Positions 35,031-49,282 of a stretch of DNA of 64,000 nt are shown here, in pieces. The stretch spans positions 16,285,752 to 16,349,751 of the forward strand of contig OZ316896.1 of NCBI GenBank assembly GCA_973895155.1. The letters run 5' to 3'. Position numbers and translations under genes: made by a program. Numbering within the stretch: position 1 is the stretch's first letter; every line of letters begins with the position of its first letter. The notes under the pieces are model-generated. The model was not told the DNA's origin. It worked only from the letters and a program-made list of their open reading frames with translations, and ran no database searches. Origin of the DNA: Marsupella aquatica. Lineage: Eukaryota > Plantae > Marchantiophyta.

Positions 35031-36986
35031 ATGGATGCCGTGAGGAGAGAGCTGGAGCGGAAGCGGAAGGCGTTCCAAGAGGATTTCAAAGGGCGCAAGT
35101 TCGTGAAGAGATCGGAGATTGTGCGGAAGGAATTGGAGAAAATTAGGGACGAGGATCGGAAAGAGCAGATAGTGAAGGAATCCAAAAGTAGGGCTGCTGC
35201 CGCGGCCACCGGTGATTCTGCTGAGCAAGGGGCGGACAATCTCGCCTCCTCTTCGATTCCAGCGCCGAACAAGGGTTCGCAAAAGGTGAAGGAAAATGTC
35301 ACCGACGAGGATTTGCTGGACGAGGTGGTTCTTCCAAGGGCGGAAGTAATTCGACGACTTCGAATACTCAAGTTTCCCATCACTCTTTTCGGGGAAGATG
35401 ACGCTCAACGACTGGAGAGGTTGAAGGCGCTGCTCAAAGCTGGAGTGACGGATACTGATAGTGAGCTGATGGAAGGGCAAACGAATGATTTCTTGCGGGA
35501 TATGGTGGAGTTAAGGAAGAGAGAGAAGCACAGCGGAAGGACAGAGCCGAGAAAGGATAAGAGAGACAAGGATAGAGACAAAGAGCTGGATGATGGGGAG
35601 AAGGACGGCGGGGCAGCTGGTGAACTCGAGCAGGAAGGCGGTTCGTCCGGTATGGACAATGATAAGGATATGAAGCGTCTGAAAAGTAATTTTGAAGAGC
35701 TGTGTGACGAGGATAAAATTCTCGTGTTCTTCAAGCGACTATTGCAGGAGTGGGAGCAAGAGCTTGAAGACAGACCCGAGGCAGAGAAGAGAACAGGGCG
35801 TGGCAAGGCAACTGTGGCCGTTTTCAAGCAGTGTGCCCGCTACCTCAAGCCATTGTTCAAAATGTGCAGGAAAAGGGTGAGCATCTGCATCCCCCTTCAT
35901 TTTCGTTTGGAACAATGTCACATGGCTTTACAATGGGGCTTTTGCTTCCCTGCTTTTTCCCAACTTGGGGGCCTAGTTGTTCTTGTAAAATCCTTTCTTT
36001 CCTTTTTTGAGCCATTTTGACTTTTAGCCAGCAAGTCAAGGCATTTGCAAATGATCATCTTGTTTGGAAGAAACGTCTTATTCGTTTTCAGTGTTGAATA
36101 TGATATAGTCCCTTCTGGCCACAGTCATTCTGCTGTTGTGTATATATTGTAGTTTTCCTAGGTGGGCCGCTAGCTTTTAATCGTAGAATCAATTCTTTGT
36201 TGCCGCTTTGAAACCATTTCTCACCTACTCTATGACTGACAACCGGTCTAGGCATTTTCCAAGGAGGCATTTTAATGTATGGATTTTTTTTTAGGGTTTT
36301 GTTTGAATATGATGTTTGTATTTGGCCACACCTTGAATATCCTTGTGGATTTATTCTAGACTGCTCATGAGCTTTCTCGGTTTTCATGCCCTCTACCAGG
36401 CAAACGATTTTCAGTTATCTGTTTTTGAAAGGCGCCCTTAGGGTACTTGTCCAGTGCGTGTGGAGAACTTTTGGAAAGACCTGGTAAAGTGTGTACTGTC
36501 TGAATGCACGGTTTACGGTTCATAGCATTGCTAATTGTGCTGTTGGATGTTTGTCTCATCTAGATGCTTCCTGATGACATTCGAAGGGCCTTGATGATTG
36601 TCGTGAGGTGCTGCATGGAAAGGGACTACTTGACAGCTATGGATCAGTATATCAAGCTTGCTATTGGTAATGCACCTTGGCCAATTGGGGTCACTATGGT
36701 TGGTATCCACGAGCGTTCCGCTCGCGAGAAGATTTACACGAATAGTGTTGCACACATTATGAATGATGAAACAACAAGAAAGTACCTCCAGTCCATTAAG
36801 AGATTGATGACATTGTGCCAGAGACGGTATCCTTCGATGCCTTCCAAGTCAGTAGAGTTCAACAGTCTAGCAAATGGTAGTGACTTACAAGCACTTTTGT
36901 CGGAGGAGAAAGCTAAAACTGGTAGTTATATTGCTGAGGAAAGGTTGCGTCTGATGGCACCTTTGTCTGAGGATCTAGATCAATGA
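35031..36986 (+). CDS. PRP18: Pre-mRNA splicing factor 18, ~422 aa
   Basis: Exons 35031-35876 and 36564-36986 (GT-AG, phase 0). PRP4/SFM motif LPRAEVIRRLRILKFPITLFGEDD and the Prp18 conserved loop AIGNAPWPIGVTMVGIHERSAREKI. Confidence 0.96.
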
Positions 36987-39315
36987 ACTGAATGTTTCTT
37001 AGCATTACAAAGCACGTAAACTGAGTGTACAGTGTTTCTCTCCGTTGGAGTTTGTATATTGAAATTGATGGTTTGATCAGTTAGGAACATAATAAACCGG
37101 ATGTGATCTCTTCTCGGGTTTGACATTTAATTCAGTTGCCTTTACGGGTCTATGGCGGCAAGGCTATGGCAGGCCTTTTTTAATAACTAAGGTCACTGTT
37201 TTACTTAAAATTGTCATTTTTTTTTGTTCACTCTGTTTTTTTAATGCTCAAAAGTGGATTGCGAAGCTCAGGCTTTTGTATTGAATGCTGCTTGCTCTAA
37301 AATCACGTGTGCTGTTTCAGTTCTTTCTAATGGGTATTATTAGATTTTTTTTGAAACTGAGTTATGGGTCTTTGCACCTCATTGACAAGCCAATGGATGT
37401 TATCCCCCATAAGCAATTTAGTACCACCTGGAAGTCAAGTACGAGAGACAACTAGCGCCTCTTGCGCTGTCTCGATGATTCTGCCACCACTTCGTCGCAT
37501 GGATTTTCAGGAGTCTGGTGAAGTAGCAGCTTTCCAAGAGAAGAGTAGCACTTCTGAAAGCAGATGTTTTCCGCAGCAGATGTTTTCCGCAGGTAATTAC
37601 CTCACTGAATTGGGAAAGTGTAGCATGATGCCGAAGGTCAAAGACGCACTCTCATCATTCTGCAATAGGAATTCAGGAGGGAGGAGCCGCTCGACTTCAA
37701 CTTGATAGAGCCTTGATTCGGTAGTCCTAATGGGGTGCAAGCATCAGCGCATTAGGATCCTGCAAATTTTGAGATCCTCTAAATTTGAAGTAATAGTTTT
37801 TTGATCATAAATGTAAGTGCCTCTGTTTTAATGAATGCTCCCACAGGTGAATTTCTCAGCAAAGGTTTCGGCAAAGGTGAGACGAGAGGGGCCAAATTCT
37901 ATGACAATCAGACGAAGGAGAACATTTGACCAGTCAGGCGATGGATATTGCTTTGTATTTCAATTAACTAGAGTCATTACTGGATTAGCCACATTTGGTT
38001 GCTTACAGACCATTTCTATCAGCGTCTAAATCCAGAACCAGACTTTACCTGAAAACTTGCAGTAACGAACGTATGACTTTTGTTACAGTTGGGCCCAAAA
38101 TGCAACTGGGCAATCAAGGGATACCCGGATAGTCTTTGGTTGAGAGTGGTCATGATTCAAGATGATTTCTCCTCTTCATTATGCAATTTGGTTAATTTAA
38201 GATTCGGCATCCTGTTGTGAGGAGCTTTTTCACATACTCACTATTAGTGAGTCCAACAACTTTTGCTTACTCTCACACAGGATGCAAGGATACCGGTCTA
38301 ACTCAAATTGGTCCTTGCCTAGGTTGATAGCGCTGTTTTCAATTTCAACAAACGCAATCACCTTCAAGTAGAGTGTGTCTTCCATTCCCAGAGAAATGCC
38401 AATTCCCAATGAGGACTCACGTTCTATCATTGACACGATATGGCCGAGCGTAAAGTCTTTACTTGTTAGTTCAGCTTTGCTACGAAGAGAGCTTCATTCG
38501 AGAGTCTTAGAAAAAGCTATTTCCATCGTTTTCCGCCAACGTAGAACGCCGTCTAGAATGTCTGCAAGGACAACGAACTTTGCACAGCCCGACGATGGTC
38601 TTAAAAACGAATTTATCAAGTAAGTTGTAGTATCGCCTCAATGCGGCCGTTGGACCATTGGACAATATCCTGTAATCTCGACAAAGTCTGGGTTCAAGCT
38701 CAGTCACACGCCCAATTAATTTGGTCCTTTGTCAGTCTAGCCACCCAACGAAAACTATGTCGAGTCTGGATTGTCCGAAAGGCTCGCGCAGGCCATAGGC
38801 AGCACACCATTGTAGGACACACGTCAGAAGGTCGAATTGCTGCGTCAAGGAACGGGGTTTTTGGGTACAGCGAAAACGGACGAGAAAATTGACCATTAGG
38901 TTTAAAATTATACAATCGCAATTAGGATTTATGAAAATAATAGACAAGCCTCTGCACCCTGCTGGAGGAGATCTTGCCATACATACTCCATTTGGTGGAG
39001 ATTTAAAGAATAGGATCAAAATTTAGGGCTGAATTATAAATGAGAAAACAATGTTAACATCAGAGTTGTGGGAGCTGAATCCAGTCCGAATATGAGACTC
39101 CCCAACTACCTATTCTTCTTCCTTAGGCACAGCCCATAAGAGCATGGTGACGAATCTTTCCCTCCAAATAACCTCAAAACTACTCGAGTAGTTTGCCTTG
39201 AACTGCTTGCTTTTTTATCCCCGATCCAAATTATCATTGCTGGATTTGTTTGCTCCAATTTATTCGGCTTCTATAAAAGGTAGACCTACACACAACGTAG
39301 GCCTGAAGAATTCCC

Positions 39316-42300
39316 TCACTCGATCAATCGTTTATATTTACACCATCCGATGGCAGATACGTAAATCAAAATACAGCCAACCACTGACCCTCCCACAACC
39401 CAGCTAAATGTTTTCGTATTAGTTGTCTCTGAACTAAAGAGGGGAATTGAGATATTCATGCCAAGTATCCCTGTCACCACTATAAAAGCACTGACCACGA
39501 GTGTTGCTGTTGTCAACAAAACCCCCATCTGTAGCAAGTGATTTTGCTTGTCATCCAGCATAATGTTGATGTAATCTTCTGTATCATCAACATACTCACG
39601 GAGCTGCATGAATAACAGACAACAGATATCGTCAACAATACCCCCACTGTCTTTGATTATACGACTAAGGTGAGGTACCTCAACTTTTCCACTTTCAATA
39701 CGCTGCTCCGGAGGTTAGAATATAAACTCACTGCAGCATTGAACTCCGAGCTCAGTGACCAATGCACTGCCATAATTTCAAGACAAGCAAGCGACAGCGT
39801 ATTGTATCAAAATTCTCGCTGAAACGTGCGACCGAGTTGACTCTTATGAATATCGATGTGTTAGGAAGAACATGGTCGGTCCTGAGTTAATCCTGGACAA
39901 GGCCCCCTGCTCCTTTATCATCAACAACTAGCTGACCTCCCGACCTCTCCAGTTCGTAGCTCACTTACGAAAGGACTTGGAGAATTCTATCTCTACCTCC
40001 CCTATCTCTTGTAATTTGCTAAATGATTGGGTAGTAACTAGTTGTCAGTAGTTCATACACACCAATTGACATCCCTCTCCACCTCGATTCATTCATTCTT
40101 GAACACAAAATCAAAACACTGATTTGACTTACCGCTGAAAGCTTGTTAATGGTGCCATCAATCTGCACGAAGTAGGCCTCAAGAAGCATTTCAAGTTCCT
40201 CCACATCTAGTTTTCCATGACTGTTTGTGGATGAGGTGCTACTACTGTGATTATCAACCTTCCTCACTCCTCCAAAGCTTTCGCTAGGATGAAGTAGATC
40301 CTCCATCCCTCCAGAGATTTCCTTTGAGGCCCCTGGTTGAGGTCTGAATCATCTCCCACGAAATTACAGACGCATCAAATTCAATCTCTTTCAAAGACGC
40401 GTAAAATCTAATCGTTAAAAAAACACAAGAAACAATCGTCCACCAACAGTGACTTGAAGACACAGTCCTGAACCTAAATTGCTGCGAACATTATAAATAA
40501 GACACTTCTGTAGGAGGGCATACCTGAAATCATCGTCTGCAGACTCATTTGTTGTGAATTCCTCAGAGCTAAACATTTTATTCATTTCGGCCATCTCCCC
40601 TTCCATATGTCTTTTGGAGGACTCAAATTGACTCGGTGACATTGGGTTAGAATGACCACGAGATGATGCTGGAGATACGCTGAACTCCATCTGTGCTCGC
40701 AGTAACTTGTCTGTCAAGTACATTTCTGCCATGTCTCCATCGTCGTCAAGCAGCTGTTCAATCTCGTCCCTAACCTTCATGAACATAACAACAGCGGGTA
40801 TATCAAGCTCAAGCACATCCACTGACTGACTTATACACTTAAAATATACGTTACCAGCTCGTCTAATTAGTTCTAGCAAAAACTATTGTCAAGGAAAGGG
40901 CTTCTGTAAAATATTGGGCTTTGCTGAGAACCATGCTCACAAACCAGGTAAGTCCAATTCTAGTGATGCTGAGGCACCTGGTCTCGATTCGTCTAAAGGA
41001 TAGGGCTGAACTAATGCCTCTGGCCGACTCGGTTACTTGAAGAGAGGAGAACCTTTGATAGAGTCATTTGGAAGTCTACCAGTTGTATGTCTCGGATCTA
41101 TCTCACTTCATTGCTACAGAATCCTTTAGGGCAGCTCTGGTTAAATAAGGTCACAAACATTTATTTGCAGGGCGAGTGTCACCATCAGAGTGAAGATAGG
41201 TGAATGGATGAATGCTTACGTAGTGTCTTCTGTTAAGAGGAGCAAGGGGAAAGCGCCTAGAAGAGTACAGCTTGCTGATTTAGGAGAATTATATCATCTT
41301 CAGACAATAACTCCACAGAGTTCTTTTTAGAAAAACAGCCATCTAACAAACACAAAATTGTTTCCATTAGGTTTAGCTAACGAAGCATGTCTCCTACGAA
41401 CACCGGATAAAATGACCATTTCAACATGTAACACTAAGTGGGCAGCAACTAAATGCTAAACGAAGGGCAAAGAATACCTTTTGCACCCGCCCAGATATTG
41501 CCACAAGACGGCTTTTGATCTGTCGAACACGCTCTAAATTTAGGGTGCTCAACTTTGATGTCAGCTCATCCAAGGCTGGATACGCTTCACGCTCCAGCAT
41601 TGTTGTCTGGAACAAAATAAACCATTAGTTCGGAGTGCGTCTTGTCTACTCTGGTAAAGTCTTGAGAAAAATTGTAGTACTGTCACGTGCAGACCTGAAG
41701 CCTACCAATGTTTAAGAGTGCTGCCATATCACCAGGAAAACTAAGCCTGCGACGTCTTCAACCACTTGACGATTAACAACACAAAACCATACAAAGCCTT
41801 GGAAGCGTGTGAGGAATTACTTACAAGAGAACTATAAAATAATAAAGACCAAAAGGAATGCAGGAACATCATTAGAGCAGTTCCCAACCTCAGCATCTAG
41901 GCAGCTGCAAGCAGCTTCCAAGCAGACCTCCAGAGCACGGAACTCAAAGGGCAGCACATTGGGACCCCCAGTAGCTCGAGATGGACTCGCGCCTGCGCTC
42001 CTGAAATCCATAGCCCTTGACTGAAGCGCCGGTGTGGGGGCATTTATGGGAGTGACATGAGAATCTGGAAGCCCTTGCCCCAGTTTTTGCAGATTTGTCC
42101 TTGAACCCTCTCTACTCCGACTCATACCGAAGGCTGGAGTGTTATTCATGGGCTTGCCGATACCATTTTCCTCGTTGTCACTCAAACCACCACCCCCATC
42201 ACCAGGAACCTATACATTTACCAGAAGGAGCTCAGAAGATTTTCAAAAGGAAATCTCAGCTGTGCTGAATCAGAATCCATCTTAACGACAAGGCAAAAGG

Positions 42301-42979
42301 CAGGTAGCCCGTGACAGATCATTTTCTCAGGGACCCAAATTCATGAAGGCATTAATTCAAATGCCACCCAATTGCGGCCCTCGATACATACTTTCCTAAT
42401 AGCAGAAGACTACAATAGGATCATCGACCAGACCTCCAAATGTAAAAGCATCAGATGCTACAAAGCTCAAATCATCCAAAGATCTGCATGGACCGTGCAC
42501 GTGAATACCCCACCGAATGGCAGAGAGGGACCAACCTGCTGTCCTAGCGAATTATAATGCAAAGGAAGCCGCCGCTGGAGGTCCAACACGATGGGCACAA
42601 CAGCCGGATCCTTCGAATTGAGCAACAGCACCTCCTGTGCTGTAATGATGGCCTTAATGTGCTCGAGATTCACCACAATTGCTCGCTCTCGTCCCAAAAT
42701 GGTGGACGGGTAGGACAGCAAAGGGTCCAGAATCCGCAGATCGCGAGCTGGTAACTGCGCCCGGCGCATGATCACATGCTTACCGGCCTCTACCAATTGC
42801 GCTCGCCCGGTCGGATCGATCACCAGCCAAGCCCGCACCCCCAGGCCCTTCTTCCGAAGCCCCAAGACTGACGTCTTTTCCTTCTCTCGCTCCCTCTCTG
42901 TGGATTCATCCGCCACAGTACCATTCTGCTGCTGCTGCAGAGCAGCGGCAGCCTTCACCGGCGGCGTGCGAGCTCTCAT
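39316..42979 (-). CDS. MRS2: MRS2/MGT-family magnesium transporter, ~547 aa
   Basis: Six in-frame exons: 42979-42536, 42209-41889, 41606-41478, 40774-40524, 40343-40133, 39603-39316. Motifs RDLRILDPLLSYPSTILGRERAIVVNLEHIKAIIT, LPFEFRALE, VRDEIEQLLDDDGDMAEMYLT, ELEMLLEAYF, EYVDDTEDYINIMLD, and GMN after the first of two C-terminal hydrophobic helices. Confidence 0.96.
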
Positions 42980-43729
42980 TGCGCTCGCCAAATTGTTGAA
43001 CAACTCGCGCACCTGCACTGCTCTAAGCTATTCAACCCTACTACGGCACCTGCACCATCCCCATCAGCCGCTACATCGTTTGCGTATCCCTTTCCCTCTG
43101 CCCTCCTGGGTCGTTAATCTATCAATCGCCCAAGGAAGTCGAGAAATTCGAAGCCATACCAATTGCTCATCCACTCTCTACAAATTGGTGCCGCATCTTC
43201 CAAGACGACCACGACAGATGACGACGAGGATGAAGGGAACCAAATCTTCTCCCGTGAAAGCATATCACTACAGTGTACCCATCTACCAATCGTCCCTTGA
43301 AGTCAAGTATAGAGAACCCACACAGAATACTCCCTCGATTTACTACAAATTTATTCGTGCTACATCTCCACAACGAGGCTTCAACGAAGCGAAGGAATCG
43401 AAATCAGCGCACTGAAGAAGAATAGGAGGACTAGAAAGAGCGAACCCCTGGGAAATACTAACTCTTCTGCTCATAAAGTGATTAAAAATGATCTAGAAGG
43501 AATAGATTCTCGGCATATTTTGATCTGAATCGTTTATTCTTTACATGGACGGTCACAATTGAAATTGATGGATCAGCCCGAGTCATCCACTGGATGAAAC
43601 CTCCGCAAATTCAGGCAGTAAAGGTGGGCGGGAGGGTCTATCATTCTGTCCGTCTCATCAGGACCAGCAACCCATGCCGAACTGGCTGAGTCAGGTTACT
43701 CGGCTCCAATAAACTACAGAGCACAATTG

Positions 43730-43770
43730 TGGGCTGTGTTGGGCTGGGCTGGGCTGGGCTGGGCTGGGCT
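43730..43770. promoter_or_regulatory. (TGGGC)n pentamer run forming tandem site II-like (TGGGCY) motifs in the divergent MRS2/TFIIIC intergenic region
   Basis: TGGGCTGTGTTGGGCTGGGCTGGGCTGGGCTGGGCTGGGCT. The repeat is certain; the regulatory role is inferred. Confidence 0.5.
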
Positions 43771-44110
43771 GATGGCAGTGTTCGAGCAGCCAACCGTAGG
43801 CACAAGAGAGAACCACCCTATTGTACAATTATGCAGCAAGACTCCTTGAGAGGGCAGGAACAGAGTAGGTGCGCTTACTAACGGAAAACCAAAACATTCG
43901 TCACTGTCGCTTTGGAGTGCTTCTTGGCTGTCCTGCTGGACTTTTCTTTGATCGCTTCGTTGTATTCGGAGACGAGACCAAGAACAGCCTTGCCTTTGGA
44001 CAGATTCATTGATTGCTTCGTTGCACTCGGAGACTAGGCAACCAAAATCTCATTGACGAGATTAGCAGCAAATATCGATGGAGCAAATATGGATGGTGCA
44101 AGGATGCTGA

Positions 44111-45278
44111 ATGTCACGAGAAAACGGCGAACGCGATCAGCATTCGCCCGAACATCCTCTCGGAGACAGCATGAAACTATCATCAACAATCCTGCCCCAG
44201 GTCCATCAGGAAAGCGATAAAGACCAGGAGGAAGTTCCTGAGCAAGTGGACGAGGTGGAGGATGAGTATGTGCTGTTAGATCTTGAAGACGTTTTTCATG
44301 GAGCAGGACTTCCTGCCAATTGTCCTTACACCTTGTCGGTATTTTCATCCGCCCGTGCCCATTTGCCCTTTCTGCAGTTTCTTCCTATCAGTTGAAATAC
44401 AGGGCCTAGATTCAGAGTGAAAAGGGTTTCACAGGATGTTGGGTGTTGATTTTTTGCGATATCAGGGATTGGATACGATGAACCCCATCCTTACTCTTGG
44501 TGATGGTGGTCTCAAGCTGGTATGCTGGAAACCCTTCTTTTGTATGGGCTCCACGTATGTAGTACCGGTTGTTTCATTTCAAGACTTGCTCCTCTTTCGC
44601 TAGGTCTATACACTAACGACAATATTGGTAGCTAAACTTTGCACAGTGTTTTTCTCAAAGAGAGCATAACTAGCGTTCCACTTCAGAGCATTAACAGAAA
44701 CTCACTTTAGGCGTTACAGCGGTCCATTTCTAGATACCGTTCAAGTTCGTTGTCAAGTTGATGATCCTAGGCTCTGGGATGTCGATCGGTTGGTGAATCT
44801 GTTTTGATTTGACAGATAGGAGAGTACGAAGAATATGTTGGACAATGCCTCGTCTTCACAGAACAAGGTTAATTTCAGAGACTATCTCTCTTTCCGCTGT
44901 TCCAGTCCCTCTCGTTGATCCAAAGTACCGTTTCTCAATGCAGGTTTACTTTCAGGATAGCTCTAGATTGCGAGATCATCCTTGAGTGCCTGCTATTGAC
45001 TTTTTTTAATCAAGTGTAATTCTGCAGACTGTTTACGTACGGACATGTCTTTTTGCACCTTGGTATTTTGCTTTGACTTAATGCTGCTTTTCTTCATTAC
45101 AGATGAAGAGGTACCCTCAGAAGGACCAGTCCATCCTCATGAGGCTGGTGGCTCACTAAAGGCCAATCTAGACACTAAGAGAAGAATTAACAGTCTCTGT
45201 AGGCTGGAGAAGAAGCTAAAGTTTCGAATAATGAACATTCCAGAGAAGGAGCCAGAAATTGTCCAGGCAGGGACATAA
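44111..45278 (+). CDS. General transcription factor IIIC subunit 6 (tau55/Tfc7-related)-like protein, ~169 aa
   Basis: Exons 44111-44338, 44466-44519, 44816-44867, 45103-45278 join in frame: ...EDEYVLLDLEDV...PYTLS|GLDTMNPILTLGDGGLKL|IGEYEEYVGQCLVF...LCRLEKKLKF. The start could be 44171. Confidence 0.82.
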
Positions 45279-46166
45279 AACCAAAAGATCGTACGGGACC
45301 GATTTTGTACACAAATTTGCTCTCAACGGGTAATCGACGTTGCTTCAGGCTAGAGAGGTTCTAAGAGCCACCAGGAAAGCTACGCCCTGGTTGAGGACAC
45401 TGATCTTATTTGTGGCCACTCTTCAAGCGGAGGGTCCGAATCTAGACATATGACAGACTGGGATGAGCGGGCTCTTTTAAAACCACCAGTTACCACCTCA
45501 AAGTTCGCTTAAGCTCAGCAGAATGGGCAAATTAGCTCATGAACAGTTTGGCTTTTGTTAGATTCGGAGAAATTTTGGAGCTGCAGGAAGGTCGACTATG
45601 AAGCTGCTGAGGTGTGTCTCTTTAGCTTGAATGGCAAGTAGTGGGCTGTCATCTGAGCAAGATGTAATGGATCATTTTTTCCTTGCAACAAACATGTGAC
45701 ATGTGACAAATGCAACCATCTGTACAATGTGAGAGTTGTTAAAACGTTTGATGTATATTCGAAACCATATACTTGAATCTATGGTTATTGAAGATACATT
45801 TCCCTAGATAAAATTTGGTCCAAACAGTGTTCCACTTTTCGGGTTAATCCACGAGACGCTTTCACATCAGTAAGTTCCAAATTTGAAGTAGTAAACTTCT
45901 ATCCATCTTCTTTGGAAAAATTCTGGCTCCCACACAAGAGTTCCTGCGCAAAACCAGAGGACGATATGTAGTGAACCTTCCGTTCACGATGAGATGTTTA
46001 GAGTCACTCTCACACAAACGGGAACTCAACGACAGCATGAGCTGCTAATTTCGAGCACGAGACATTCAATTGCAAATATACACCGATATCACAGATATTC
46101 CCAGTGCAATTCGACCATAACCTGAATTAAGCCCCGATGGCCAGAGGGGTTTGCTGTGAAGCCCCC

Positions 46167-46266
46167 ATGGATTTCCAAAGCTGGGATGGAGAATCCATTA
46201 GTTTGTGTGGTGGCAAATGGATTTCCAAAGCTCTGATGGAGGATCCATTAGCTTGTGTGGTGGCAA
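46167..46266. repeat. Two-copy 50-bp tandem duplication
   Basis: ATGGATTTCCAAAGCT..GATGGAG.ATCCATTAG.TTGTGTGGTGGCAA occurs twice. Confidence 0.9.
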
Positions 46267-46935
46267 GCAGCTGCTCATGCGCAAACTGTGATGACTCATG
46301 GTAAGTCATAAGCGCATATGTGCGTGTCAAAGTTTCCAGGTAAAATGCAAAAGAGTACACCTAGTACAGTTAAAAGTAAACTCAAACTTGGCACTGCAGA
46401 TTTCCAGGGAAAGTAATTTTGCCACTTGTGCTGCATTTGAGAATTCCTGAAAAATGAAACCGCGCCATGTGTGTCCCCAAGCACTACGGTATTCTAGTAT
46501 GCCACAGTACAGAACATTTGAAAGCAGGGAATGGCAAATGGAATTGAAAAGGAGAACTGAACAGTGGCGCTAGTGTAGCGCTGAGGAACCTTCCATCTCT
46601 CCCTACCCTTCCCTTTTAATAGTTGACCACGTTGACGACGTAGAGTGCAAGTATAGTACCTGAGCAACTCCTCTGAATCTCTGATGTAATAATAAGAAAA
46701 ATTCAGCAATCATGTCCTGGAGCGGGATTGTGCAATTGCTCCACTATCGCTCTACATATATGCCTCGAGTAAGCCTGCATGTGATCAAAAGCAGACCGTC
46801 CGCTCCAATTGCAAATGTTCGATGTGGATCAATTGCTAATCGGTCTCCCAATTGCAGCCAGACTGAACCCAGCATAATCATCGCAGTCCTCTCGGCGCCC
46901 TCACGGATCGCACTCCAGATTGTAATGCTTACAGG

Positions 46936-49282
46936 ATGGAGATCATGATATTCAGCTCGCCGTAAGTACAGTCAAAACCGCTTCCAAGCTCGGGGCAGAT
47001 GCATTCACGGTCTGATTTAGATTTAGGATTGACAGTGTCGGCTTGGAATGAATGCTCTTACAGAGTGAAAGTTGTCACGATCAATTGTACTAGTGATCAT
47101 GCATTTAGACAGGGCCTTCACTGCAGATCTTGCTGCAGATACTCTCAAGACCTGAGCGGCCTAGGAAGATAGACACTTGGAAGTAACCCTAAGTCTACTT
47201 CGATCGTTGGAATTGACTCTTGGGCTCTCCAGTAACACCAAGTAATTTGGATGCAATGTAAAAGAGAGCACAGATGGGAAGCTCTGTAACCCATACTCAG
47301 AACGATTTCAAGAGTAACTCCGAGTATGGGTCTTCCAATTTGAGCAGTGTTTTGATGATATGTTCACTGCTGTTGTACTTGTGTGGCTGACTACAGACCC
47401 TGGTGGTCGAAGGACACCGTCGCTGTGGTGACTGGATCGAATAAAGGGGTAGGCTATGAGATTGCTCGGCTCTTGGCTGTGCAAGGGTTGACTGTTGTCC
47501 TGACCGCGCGAGAATCAGGAAGAGGACAAGCCGCTCTCGATGCACTGAATACAGACGGGCAAAAATCCGTCTGCTTCCACCAATTGGACGTGCAGAGCTC
47601 AGAATCCGTGGAACACTTAGCAACGTGGCTGAAAAGCAAGTTTGGTTGGATTGACATCCTGGTGAGTGAGAGTCATTGACAGGCAGGGCTGCATTGAGCC
47701 CCGGTTTGTAATTACTATAATTTCTATCTGGAGATTACTTCCACCTCTTGTGTCCATTGGTGCCGAAAACTCGGCAGCACTGCCACTCAATCGTCTCTAT
47801 AACAAAATTGCATCAGCTTCTGTTTGCAAGGAGCATTGCTAATTGGTAGCTTTCATCGTTCCTTCAAACTGACACAGCTGTCCCCCATACCAAATGATCG
47901 AGTGAGTGAGCTTATTTTGTGTAGTATCTTTTCTAGGTCTTGGTAGTTGTTGAATCAGGTCAGTCTATGAACACTCTCAACCTGCCCAATCGCATTAATT
48001 CTCGGGCTAGGTATGGGTAGCTAGTTCTCTCTGCTCCTTCGGAAGGTGAGTCCATTGAAGCTTTACTCGAGTCAAACAAAGGGTCACTTCTCGATCATCC
48101 CTATATCCCAGTGTAGAAACTCACGGACTGCACACGAGATGATGAAAATTGGGAAACCAGCTGAGTGCAATGTGAGATTTGAGTACCATGTTTGACCGTC
48201 CAGGCAGCAAGGTCTTTCATGGCTGGTAATGAGGTAATTACGCTTGCATAACGATTTGTTCTTTAACATTTTATGTCTTATGCGGCGGACGATCATTTTC
48301 AGGTAAACAACGCCGGGATTGCCTTCGGACCAAACGGCGATGTCGCTGACGATGAATCTGCGAAGGCGATCATAGGTACCAATTACTTCGGTGTGAAGAA
48401 AGTGACGGAAGGACTGCTGCCACTTCTACGACCGTCTCCTGCTGCAGCGCGCATTGTGAACGTTACTTCAGGAACAGGGTTGTACGAGGTAACTTATGAT
48501 GAATCATGAAAATCCCAAGAGCTTAACTTCAATAGAATGCTCTGGATTTCACAGCCTATTCCGCATTATCGAGGATCGATTTCTGTAACTAGCTCTGACT
48601 TCTTAATTGTAGATAGAGGCGTAAATGAAGATGTTTCAAAATGGAGACGAGGTTGTTCGGAATGATTTTGCCCTACTCTGAATCATCTTCTGTATCAGTA
48701 ACTCATCTCGGAATTGAGAAATATTTTGAAGCTGTAGCCGGATGAAGTCGATTACATAGTTATATGGTTTTTGAAGTACTCTGAATCTGGCTAACATTGG
48801 CCTCCATGTGTATCCAGCGCTTGGGGTCTGAGAAACTGAAGCAGACGTTTAGAGATGAGGGCAAATACACTCAGGAACTCATAGATTCGCTGGCCACAAA
48901 ATTTCTCGAAGACGTGAAAGCTGGTCGATTGGATGAGGAAGGGTGGGGAGGAGGCAGAGGGATAGTGTACAGCGTCTCTAAAATACTCCTTAATGCTTAC
49001 TCAATTTTGTTGGCGAAATGTTTGTCGAAGTCACAACCAGAGGATCACCAGATATTGGTGGCGACCTTCACTCCAGGAGTCACGATGACGGATTTGATGT
49101 CACGCGCAATTGAAAACGGATCGAAATTTCCGGCTGACATGCGCGTGAATACTGCTGCAGAAGGAGCTGATACTGGGGTATGGTTGGCCCTGCTTCCCGA
49201 GGAAGAGTTGGCCAAGAAGCATGGAAAATTCTTTCACTCCAGAAAGGAATATAGTTTTGGCGCGTTGCAATTGATCCGCTGA
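46936..49282 (+). CDS. Short-chain dehydrogenase/reductase (carbonyl reductase / (+)-neomenthol dehydrogenase-like), ~313 aa
   Basis: Exons 46936-46961 (tentative), 47397-47661, 48303-48488, 48818-49282 in frame. Motifs WWSKDTVAVVTGSNKGVG (TGxxxGxG), FHQLDV, IDILVNNAG, TNYFG, catalytic YSVSK, and AEGADTGVWLAL. Confidence 0.92.

Noticed and set aside
34799-35827. Long antisense ORFs over PRP18 (similar ones overlap pTAC3, MRS2 and the kinase)
   Set aside because: Shadow ORFs of well-supported genes on the opposite strand.
38100-39020. Cluster of short overlapping ORFs between PRP18 and MRS2
   Set aside because: No recognisable motif, and I could not build a consistent splice chain.
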